Positions 37,090 to 45,276 of a stretch of DNA of 64,000 bases are shown piece by piece. The stretch comes from Candidatus Falkowbacteria bacterium. Lineage in GTDB: Bacteria > Patescibacteriota > Patescibacteriia > Patescibacteriales > WJLG01. The translations under genes and the position numbers were made by a program. The stretch spans positions 203,592 to 267,591 of the forward strand of contig CAVVFV010000008.1 of NCBI GenBank assembly GCA_963747695.1, in the 5' to 3' direction. Below the pieces are notes generated by a model. That model saw nothing but the letters and a program-made list of their open reading frames with translations. It was not told where the DNA came from and did not search any database. Positions within the stretch are counted from its first letter, which is position 1; each line of letters opens with the position of its first letter.

Positions 37090-38870
37090 ATGAATAAGAT
37101 CTGGCAAATCGCGCCCAAAATCCGCGAAGGATTTTTCAAGAAATTTCCCGAATACGACCGGGTGATTTTGCAATTGCTGCATAACCGCGGTTTAAGAGAG
37201 AGCGAGGAGATGGATCTTTTTTTGCACGGACATTTTGAAAATAATTTCAGTCCCTTCTTATTCAATAAGATGGAAGAGGCGATCAATCTGACTATCACTC
37301 ATATCAAAGCGGGTGATAAGATTTGCATTTATGGCGATTACGATGCTGACGGTATGACCGCTTCGGCTCTCTTGGCTGAGGTGTTGGCGACTTTGCGCGC
37401 TGACTGTTTCGTTTATATTCCTGACCGCGGTAGCGAAGGATATGGCTTGCATCGGGAGGCGATCGACAAGGCGATAAAAAAAGGAGCGAAGCTTTTAATA
37501 ACCGTCGACGGCGGCATCCGCAATAAGGGCGAAGTCGAATACGCCCGAGCTCGCGGGCTGGAAACAATCATCACCGATCATCATACCCCGCCGGAGTCTT
37601 CAGCCAATCTGCCCGATTGTCTTGATCGTCAATCCGCACCTCAAAGGAGAAAAATATCCTTTTAAGTTCTTGGCCGGAGTCGGCGTGGCTTTCAAATTTT
37701 CCCAGGCCTTGGTGGAGCGGTCGAAATTGAACGCCGAGCAGAAAAAGAAAATTTTGGAAAAAACTTTGGACTTGGTGGCGATCGGCACCGTGGCCGATTG
37801 CGTCACTTTACTGGGAGAAAACCGGCTGCTTTTAAAAAAAGGACTGGAAATTTTAAACGAGACTAAAAGAGTCGGTTTGAAAGAATTGATGAAGGCGGCC
37901 AAGATCGAGGGCAGGCAGCTGGAGGCTTGGAATATCGGTTTTCAGATCGCGCCCCGGCTTAACGCTTCGAGTCGGATGGGTTCGGCCGGCAATGCCTACA
38001 ATCTGCTTTCGACCAAGGATAAGAATGAGGCGGAAAAAGAAGCGCAATTGCTGAACGATCGCAATCTGCGGCGGCAGAAGGAAACGGAAGAGATCGTCGC
38101 CGAGGTGGAGTTGCAGATCAAAAAGCAGTTCGAAGAAAAAATTATCATCGGCATCTGTCCGGAAAAAGCCAAGCCGTGGAACGAAGGGATCGTCGGTCTG
38201 GTAGCCGGCCGGATTGCCGAAAAATATTATAAGCCGACTTTGATCATTACTAAATCGGAAAAAGGGTTCAAGGGTTCTGGCCGTTCGATCGAAGAATTCA
38301 ATCTATTCAAAGCAATCGAAGAAGCCGGAGATTTGCTGGGCAATCACGGCGGGCATCCGATGGCCGTCGGTTTCAATGCCAGCGAGGCTAACCTTCATCT
38401 TTTCGCCGAAAAGATCAGAAAAATCGCCAAACGAGATTTGGGTCACTTGCAGCTCGAGCCGAAATTGAAGATCGACTGTGAAATCATCCTCGAGGATGCC
38501 AGCCGCGACTTTTTATCGCGAAGTCCAGAGATTGGCGCCGTTCGGCCAGCATAATCCCGAACCGAAATTTTTGAGTGAAAATATCCAGATTAAGGATATG
38601 ATGAAAATGGGGGCGAACGGCCAGCATATTAAATTCCGTTTTGGCCTGCCGATGGCTGCGGGCAGGCGGTCTGGGGGGATCGGCTTTAATCATGCCGAGG
38701 AATGGGCGGATTTCAAGATCGGTGATTTGGTCGACGCGGTTTATACTTTGGACGAGAATGAATTCAACGGCAATACCAGCCTGCAATTCAAATTGATCGA
38801 TCTGAAATTGCACGGCAGCGAGTTGATCAAGAAAGGACATTGGTCGGCGGAGACGGTATATATAGATTGA
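37090..38870 (+). CDS. recJ: single-stranded-DNA-specific exonuclease RecJ; two frame breaks as assembled
   Basis: DHH motifs IYGDYDADGMTAS, ITVDGG, ITDHHTP; DHHA1 GGHPMAVG. Track pieces 37090-37665, 37622-38554 and 38478-38870 join into ~590 aa if one nt is skipped at ~37621 and one T of T5 38510-38514. Confidence 0.85.
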
Positions 38871-38965
38871 AATATCCAATAATAAATAACCAATATTAAA
38901 AAAATATTAAAATATTTTAATATTAAAATATTTTTTGGATATTTTTTATTTGATATTTATTTGTT
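38871..38965. repeat. word palindrome, sister of 13737-13831
   Basis: aaatatccaataataaataaccaatattaaa ... ttggatattttttatttgatatttatttg. Confidence 0.65.
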
Positions 38966-39387
38966 ATGATTCAAAAAAAACAAAAACTTATTATTTATAC
39001 TGATGGCGGCGCGCGGGGAAATCCGGGTCCGGCGGCGATTGGCGCGGTTTTAAAGGACGAGAAAGGGGAGCTAGTCGCGGAAATTTCCGAGTATATCGGC
39101 GAGACCACTAATAATCAAGCCGAATATCGGGCGGTGGTTGCGGCCATGGAAAAAGCTAAGAAACTTGGCGCCGAGGAATTGCAATTTTTTTTGGACAGCG
39201 AATTAGTGGTTAAGCAGCTTAACCGCGAATACAAAGTCCGCGATAAAGAACTGGCGCCGTTTTTCATGAAAATATATAATGCCGCGATGGGATTTAAGAA
39301 AGTAACCTTCAAACATATTCGCCGGGAACTTAATGCGGAAGCGGAAGGTTGGTGAATGAAGCGCTGGATAATAAAAAAGTTAATTAG
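38966..39387 (+). CDS. rnhA: ribonuclease HI; 1-nt gap near the 3' end as assembled
   Basis: IYTDGGARGNPGPAAIG, TNNQAEYRA, DSELVV. Conserved EADRLVNEAL tail is readable only after a 1-nt deletion at ~39345, and then stops at TAG 39385-39387. Confidence 0.8.
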
Positions 39388-39531
39388 TCGATTGGTTAAT
39401 TAGTTAATTGGTTGTAAAATATTCAATTTCTCAATATAAAAAAACCGTCAGCCTGTATTGTGCCGATGGTTTTTTATATTGATAAATTATTAACTCTTAA
39501 ACTAATTAACCAATCGACTAGTCAACCAATC
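39379..39531. repeat. word palindrome (taattag words) enclosing a bidirectional terminator
   Basis: Arms gttaattagtcgattggttaattagttaattggttg / aactaattaaccaatcgactagtcaaccaatc; central hairpin aaaaaaaccgtcagc...gccgatggttttt (39438-39476). Confidence 0.65.
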
Positions 39532-40450
39532 ATATTTTTCGATATTCTTGTCCGCCAAGCTCTTGGATATATTCGATTTCTTTTTTCCCCTCCTCGCCTT
39601 TGAACAGATGCTTGAAGCGGGCCTGGATTTTCAGATATTCTTCGACTTTGATCGGAGTTTGAATTTTAGAAACGTTAACGAGCTGGCCGTCGACATATTC
39701 CAGAAGGGGATAAAGGCCGGTTTGCACTGCCAATTTTGCGACTTGCATCGCGTCGGAAGTTTTGATGCCAAAGCCGGGAATGCAGGGTGACATTATCTGG
39801 ATATATCCCGGTCCCTGGGTTTCAATGCCTTTTCTGACTTTGGCGGTAATATCCAAAGGGTAGCCGGCGGTGGATTGGGCGATATATTTTACGCCGTGCG
39901 CTAAGGCGATGGCGAGCATATCTTTTTTGCGTTGGGTTGAACCGATCGAGGCCGAACCGGCCGGAGTCGTCGTAGTGGAAGCGCCGGGCGGCGTGGCGCC
40001 GGAAGCCTGAACGCCGGTATTGGAATAAACTTCCGTATCGTAGCAAATATATAAAATATTTTCGCCCCTTTCCCACATCCCCGAAATCAAGCCAAAGCCG
40101 ATATCAAAAGTCGAGCCGTCGCCTCCCTGGACGATGACCTTGGTATTCCGTAGGTCCGCAATACTTTGCGGACCAGTCGGTTTGCCCGCAAGGTATTGCG
40201 GGCCTACGGATTTTATTTTGAAATTCAAAGCGGCTCGGATGCCGCTCGCGACCGCGGCGGGATTTTCGAACAAAGAATGGATCCAGGGAATTTTCCAGGC
40301 CGATTCCGGGTAAGGAGTGGTGGTCACTTCCAAACAGCCGGTGGCGTTGGCGATAATCACATCCGGGCCCATCGCCCGGGAAGCGGCTATGGCCGCGATC
40401 ATCTGCCCGCAGCCGGCGCAGGCGCGGTGGCCCGGAGCGATTAAGCACAT
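39530..40450 (-). CDS. porB: pyruvate/2-oxoacid:ferredoxin oxidoreductase, beta (TPP-binding) subunit
   Basis: APGHRACAGCG, QGGDGSTFDIGF, CYDTEVYSNTG; the start may lie further upstream (see findings). Confidence 0.85.
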   Translation of the reverse strand: MCLIAPGHRACAGCGQMIAAIAASRAMGPDVIIANATGCLEVTTTPYPESAWKIPWIHSLFENPAAVASGIRAALNFKIKSVGPQYLAGKPTGPQSIADLRNTKVIVQGGDGSTFDIGFGLISGMWERGENILYICYDTEVYSNTGVQASGATPPGASTTTTPAGSASIGSTQRKKDMLAIALAHGVKYIAQSTAGYPLDITAKVRKGIETQGPGYIQIMSPCIPGFGIKTSDAMQVAKLAVQTGLYPLLEYVDGQLVNVSKIQTPIKVEEYLKIQARFKHLFKGEEGKKEIEYIQELGGQEYRKI

Positions 40451-40510
40451 CGCCAGCCTTTTTTTTAGTTGAATCAGGAGATATTTTATTTTGCATAATT
40501 TAATTATGAA

Positions 40511-41901
40511 CTAAAATGTCGGTGATTTACCTGCCGCTAAGATGCCGAGAAAATCATTGTTGATGCATTTTACCACACAGGGTATCGCCGCTAGAATTAT
40601 AATTGGACCGTATATGCATCTCAGCACCTGCTGGTCGATACATTCATACTGGACATAGGCGACTCCTGTCGCTTTGGCTCCGTTAAGATCCGCGGCCAGT
40701 TTGTTAGATCTGTCCGAAGGCCGTTGGTGGCCGCCGTAGACGCAGGTTCCATTTCATGGCAGCTGCCGTTTGTGCGCGCCGGGAATAGGCGTGCCAGGCG
40801 CCGTGACCGTAAATCATTGTGAAAGAAGAGAATTGATCCATCAGATCCGATCACCCTGGCATTGAGCGGAATTGATATTCCAGGCGCTGCCGATAACGTT
40901 GAGGGCGGCGGGAGTTTGCAACGCTTCACAGTTGGTGCAGTTTCCGGCTTCCGTGGTACAGCAGCAAATTTGGCTGATGTCGGCAGGCTGACCGGCGCAC
41001 AAGCTGGCGACAGACGTTTTGAAAAGGTTATTGGGGCAAAGGGATTCCGCACCGAACATTCCTTGAGAGCCGGTAAGCAACGTCTGGGGAGTTTGCCAGG
41101 AGCAGTTGGCGCCAGAAGTGTCTTGCGCCTGCTGGTACCGGAGTTTGGATCGCGGTCGGTTGCAAATTTATCAGCGCCGGATTGACCTGATTAAGGATTA
41201 GATAAGAAGTTAGCACCAGCACCAAACCGGTAATGCTCGCGGTGATCATCGATTTGGCTTCGGTGACATTGGAAGCGTTGCCGCCGGCGGTAATCCACAT
41301 CAGTCCGCCGATCATCAGAACTACCGCAGCGACGATGCCCACAGCGCTGACGGCAAAGGTATAGATCAGTTTGATATAGTTAGCGATCGGCGCGGTGGAA
41401 TTGCCAAAAGTTATCTGCGTGTTCAAAGTGGCCTGACCGCCCGAAAAGGTCGGGATCGGCACCTGCAAAATGAGCGGGGGATACGCTTTAGTCGGAGCGG
41501 GAGCGGAGCAAGCAGCACTTGATGGGCCGGAATTAGTACTCCGCCTGCCAGGTGCAGTTAGGAGGCGTCCATGTTCCTTCGCCTCCGCTGGCGCAGGCAT
41601 CGCACGATGAGGCGCCGCAATCTGATGCATACGCTCCGCTGGCGGTGGTTTTGGCGCCGTCGTTATCGTCGGTGCAAGTGCAGACGCCGGTGGGTTCGCC
41701 AAGGTTCGACCATTGGCAGCCGGCTCTAGCATTGCAAGCTTCGGGCGTTTCTAATATAGCATCCGTACAGTGACCGCCTTCCTGGCCAGGTATCATTGAG
41801 CAGGCGGCTATGGCAAATCTAGCTGTATCCACGAACTGAAAAACAATTATCAAGACAAATGCAAATTTAATAAATTTTTTCATTTTAAAATTTTTAATCA
41901 T
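40511..41901 (-). pseudogene. cysteine-rich exported protein with T4SS-pilin-like two-helix domain, multiply disrupted as assembled
   Basis: Signal peptide MKKFIKFAFVLIIVFQF. Cys-rich N-domain (41533-41901). Two-TM block YIKLIYTFAVSAVGIVAAVVLMIGGLMWITAGGNASNVTEAKSMITASITGLVLVLTSYLILNQVNP (41163-41385). Second Cys-rich region and C-terminal TM. Needs +1 shifts at ~41540 and ~41120-41126, plus 3 in-frame TGA or further shifts. Confidence 0.6.
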
Positions 41902-41910
41902 AAAATTTAT

Positions 41911-42019
41911 ATTGTTATATTGTTGAGTTACAAAAAATTATTTCATTGAAATAAATTTTTTACTAAAAAGCTTAAAATCGTTGCGTAGCAATATAACAAT
42001 ATAGCAATATGACAATATT
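41911..42019. repeat. A-family word palindrome (left arm truncated)
   Basis: attgttatattgtt ... cgttgcgtagcaatataacaatatagcaatatgacaatat. Confidence 0.65.
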
Positions 42020-43228
42020 CTATTTTCCAATAAATTCAACTTCTTTTCCTTTTCTCACAGCTTTATTTATAATAGCTTTAATCATCCCCCGCGTGACGTC
42101 CCGTCCGCCCAGGCCGATGATGAAATTTTTGACTACGGCGTTGATTTTTCCCTGCACTGCCGCTTTAACCTCGATATATAGCGGGCCGGCATAGCCTAAA
42201 GAAACGGCTTTTTCCGCGACTAAAATATTTTTGGCGCCGACTTTTTTTAAGACATTAATGATCGCTTGCTCGGGAAATGGCCGGAAAGTCCGCAACTTCA
42301 AAACGCCGATGCTGCCGCTGGAACCGAAGATGCCGCCGGCCGATCTTTTTTCATCGATCACTTCCTTAATCGTACCGACCACCGAACCCATGGCAACGAT
42401 CACGGTTTTTGCGCGCTCTGAACCGTAATACTCGATTAATCCATTATCAAATTTCAAATTTCTAATTTCCAATTTCGAACTGGTTATCGGAATAGTTTTA
42501 TTATATTTTTCATATTCGGATTTTATTACCTCTAAAGATAAGACGAGATCATCGTGCAGTTCTTGGCGGATTTCCAGATAATCAACCGGAGTAGCGAAAG
42601 CGCCGAACGTCCGCGGATTGGCCGGATCCAGATATGTTCCCGTCTTGGGCTTATAGTCGGGTAAGAATTTTTTGATATCTTTTTCCGAAGGAATACTCAC
42701 TTCTTCGTAAGAATGGGTTAAGACAAAACCGTCGACATTGACCATTACTGGCAAATGTAATTTTTCCGCAATTTTGTAAGCCAAAATATGCTGGGTGACG
42801 GCTTCCTGATGATTTTCGGCAAACAATAAGATCCAGCCGGCATCGCGGATGGTCATCACGTCTTGCGCGTCGTTCCAGATGTTGATTGGCGCGGACACGG
42901 CGCGGTTAGCGCAGGTGATCACGACCGGCAAGCGCATTCCGGCGATGTTGAAGATCACCTCGGTCATCAAAAGCAAGCCTTGCGAACTGGTGGCTGAATA
43001 GGCGCGGACGCCGGTCGCGGCAGCGCCCAAGATTATGGAAGCGGCGGCAAATTCGCTCTCGGCCCGGACATATTCGTAATCAGCCTCGCCGTCAGCTTTG
43101 AAGCGCGCCAAATCTTCCATGATGTGCGTCTGCGGCGTAATCGGATAAGCGGAGACGACCGCGGGCTTGATATTTTTTATGGTTAAGGCAATTGCTCGCG
43201 AGCCTTCGAGGATTTGAGGTTTATTCAT
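42020..43228 (-). CDS. porA: pyruvate/2-oxoacid:ferredoxin oxidoreductase, alpha subunit
   Basis: GSRAIALTIKNIKPAVVSAYPITPQT, RAESEFAAASIILGAAATGVRAYSATSSQGL. Confidence 0.9.
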   Translation of the reverse strand: MNKPQILEGSRAIALTIKNIKPAVVSAYPITPQTHIMEDLARFKADGEADYEYVRAESEFAAASIILGAAATGVRAYSATSSQGLLLMTEVIFNIAGMRLPVVITCANRAVSAPINIWNDAQDVMTIRDAGWILLFAENHQEAVTQHILAYKIAEKLHLPVMVNVDGFVLTHSYEEVSIPSEKDIKKFLPDYKPKTGTYLDPANPRTFGAFATPVDYLEIRQELHDDLVLSLEVIKSEYEKYNKTIPITSSKLEIRNLKFDNGLIEYYGSERAKTVIVAMGSVVGTIKEVIDEKRSAGGIFGSSGSIGVLKLRTFRPFPEQAIINVLKKVGAKNILVAEKAVSLGYAGPLYIEVKAAVQGKINAVVKNFIIGLGGRDVTRGMIKAIINKAVRKGKEVEFIGK

Positions 43229-43328
43229 ATATTGCTATATTGTCATATTGTTATATTGTAGCGCTACGTTTTTACAACTTTTCTACATTTTCTCGTTGCG
43301 TAGCAATATAACAATATAGCAATATGAC
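43229..43328. repeat. A-family word palindrome (intercistronic porD-porA)
   Basis: atattgctatattgtcatattgttatattgtagcgc ... cgttgcgtagcaatataacaatatagcaatatgac. Confidence 0.75.
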
Positions 43329-43330
43329 AT

Positions 43331-43597
43331 TTACTTCTTTTCCAGTTCCATCTTAATCACCTTGACCGGGCACTCGGAGGCGCAGACGCCGCAGCCTTTA
43401 CAGAAATCGTAATCGGTTTGCGGCTTGGGTTTGCTTTCCGGCTGATCAACCATCTTGATGCAGTTTTCCGGACAGACGCGGGCGCAGGTGGCGCAGGAAA
43501 TACAATGCTCCAGATCGGTCTTCGGGCGGAAAGTGCGCCAACCGCCCGTATGGTTGGTAATGGTTGAACCTGGTTGAACAGTAATATCGATAGACAT
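43331..43597 (-). CDS. porD: pyruvate:ferredoxin oxidoreductase delta subunit (2x[4Fe-4S] ferredoxin)
   Basis: CISCATCARVCP and CKGCGVCASECP cluster motifs; 88 aa. Confidence 0.85.
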   Translation of the reverse strand: MSIDITVQPGSTITNHTGGWRTFRPKTDLEHCISCATCARVCPENCIKMVDQPESKPKPQTDYDFCKGCGVCASECPVKVIKMELEKK

Positions 43598-43620
43598 ATT
43601 TTATTGGGAATAAATATTTG

Positions 43621-43694
43621 TAATGATTAATGATAGATGATAAATGATAAATTTTGATTAATTTTTTAATCTATCATTAATCATTTATCATTTA
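43621..43694. repeat. word palindrome, tgataaatga words (intercistronic porG-porD)
   Basis: taatgattaatgatagatgataaatgataaa ... taatctatcattaatcatttatcattt. Confidence 0.65.
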
Positions 43695-44254
43695 GTATCG
43701 TACGCTTTTTCGATAGCGGTAATATTTTTTTGGACTATCTCTTCTCCCTTTTCCTCGAACTTCTCGCGGATCGCTTCTTTCAGTCCGTTGATGCTGACTA
43801 AATCTATCGCTTTGGCCAGTACGCCGAGGATGGTGGTGTTGGCCAGATTGCGGCCCAAAATTTCCATGGCGATTTTCGAGGCGTCGACCGCGTAAATATC
43901 GGCGAGCGAAACCGGTTCTTTTTTTGCGCCAAAGGTCAGCTTAAGCTCGGCGGCCGGCTGGGTGGTATTGACTATCACTTTGACGCCCTTGCCACAGTCG
44001 CTGGTCATATCGACTAAACCGATCAAAGTCGGGTCAAGGATGATCAGAATATCCGGGTGATAAACTTGTTCGCGGTTGCGGATGAATTTGTCATCGATGC
44101 GGGCGAAGGCTTGGATCGGCGCGCCGGTCCGTTCCACGCCGAAAGAAGGGAAGGCCTGCGCTTGGTGGCCGTCGGCATAAGCCGCGATGGCGATTAATTC
44201 GGCGGCGGTGACGACTCCTTGTCCGCCCCGGCCGTGTAATCTGATCTGTTTCAT
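43688..44254 (-). CDS. porG: pyruvate:ferredoxin oxidoreductase gamma subunit
   Basis: IRLHGRGGQGVVTAAELIAIAA ... FPSFGVERTGAPI. Confidence 0.9.
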   Translation of the reverse strand: MKQIRLHGRGGQGVVTAAELIAIAAYADGHQAQAFPSFGVERTGAPIQAFARIDDKFIRNREQVYHPDILIILDPTLIGLVDMTSDCGKGVKVIVNTTQPAAELKLTFGAKKEPVSLADIYAVDASKIAMEILGRNLANTTILGVLAKAIDLVSINGLKEAIREKFEEKGEEIVQKNITAIEKAYDTK

Positions 44255-44260
44255 ATTAAA

Positions 44261-44360
44261 ATATTGTCAGATTGCTATATTGTTATATTGTTGTGAGACG
44301 CAAATTAACGGTTAATTTTTTTTCGTTGCGCGACAATATAACAATATGTCAATATAGCAA
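44261..44360. repeat. A-family word palindrome
   Basis: atattgtcagattgctatattgttatattgttg ... cgttgcgcgacaatataacaatatgtcaatatagcaat. Confidence 0.75.
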
Positions 44361-44369
44361 TTCGATTGG

Positions 44370-44993
44370 TTATTTCAAAAACTGCTGAATTATCTGTTCG
44401 AATTTATCTTCCGGGATCTCTCCCTCGATCTTGTAACCGTTGATGAAGAAAGTCGGCGTCCCGATCACTCCCAGGGACTGGCCGTCAGCATAATCGGCCC
44501 TGATGGCGTTCAAATATTTTTGGCTGGTGAAACAATTGGTAAAAACAGTTCGATTGGCGCCGACGGAAACCGCCAGGTCGGGCAGAGAAGATGTCTCAAA
44601 CTGCCCTTGCAGCGCGAACAATTTGTCATGCATCGCCCAAAATAGTCCCTGTTCGCCGGCGCATCTCGCGGCCAGCGCCAGATCAAGCGAATTGTCATGC
44701 AAAGGGAAATCCTTAAAGATAAGCTTAACTGAATTTTTATATTTAACGCTGATTTCTCTGACGGCGGTATAGTCCTCCTGACAGTAGGGGCAGGCGAAAT
44801 CGGAAAATTCAACGACAGTGACTTTGGGCGTGCTGGTGCCGAAAGAATAATCGGCCGGGCGGTCGGTCACGACGAATTTTGGCGTTGATTGGACCGGACG
44901 ATGCGGGGTGGCGAAATGCGCCACCAGCGCTCCGACCAGAATTATTGCCGCGAAAACGATGACCGTGATGGTTTTTTTGTTCATTTTATTCAT
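44370..44993 (-). CDS. membrane-anchored DsbA-family thiol:disulfide oxidoreductase
   Basis: N-terminal TM; thioredoxin-fold active site FACPYC; GTPTFFING. Confidence 0.8.
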   Translation of the reverse strand: MNKMNKKTITVIVFAAIILVGALVAHFATPHRPVQSTPKFVVTDRPADYSFGTSTPKVTVVEFSDFACPYCQEDYTAVREISVKYKNSVKLIFKDFPLHDNSLDLALAARCAGEQGLFWAMHDKLFALQGQFETSSLPDLAVSVGANRTVFTNCFTSQKYLNAIRADYADGQSLGVIGTPTFFINGYKIEGEIPEDKFEQIIQQFLK

Positions 44994-45206
44994 TGCGGGC
45001 GCTTGGAAAATAAACTATAATATAATTGCTTTTATTATACCATATTATATCTGTATGGCGATAGCTAATCATGATTATTTAGAAGTCCAAGCTTTAAAGA
45101 AAGCCGCCCTGCGCGAGAAGAAGAAAAAGCCGAAGATGAAAGTCAGTGGCGCAAGTGTTAAACATTTACAACGGTTAATTAACGGTAAGTGATTTTTATA
45201 ATTAAA

Positions 45207-45276
45207 ATTGTTATATTGCTAAATTGTCATATTGTTGTGATCTGACTTAGCAATATAACAATATGGCAATATAACA
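45207..45276. repeat. A-family word palindrome
   Basis: attgttatattgctaaattgtcatattgttg ... ttagcaatataacaatatggcaatataacaATG (abuts xth start). Confidence 0.7.

Noticed and set aside
36578-38516. Programmed ribosomal frameshifting in lepA/recJ
   Set aside because: There are no slippery heptamers or downstream stimulatory structures, and I know of no precedent in these families. The positions coincide with homopolymers, as expected for indel errors.
40754-40843. Selenocysteine decoding of the three TGAs in the Cys-rich gene
   Set aside because: No SECIS-like hairpin was seen immediately downstream of each TGA. No sel genes are in the window. Three Sec codons in 90 nt would be extraordinary, and indels or decay are more likely.
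44908-45192. 94-aa plus-strand ORF overlapping the DsbA-like gene start
   Set aside because: The first half is antisense to the DsbA-like N-terminus. Only the last 45 codons (ATG 45055, MAIANHDYLEVQALKKAALREKKKKPK...) could be a small basic protein, and I have no supporting motif.
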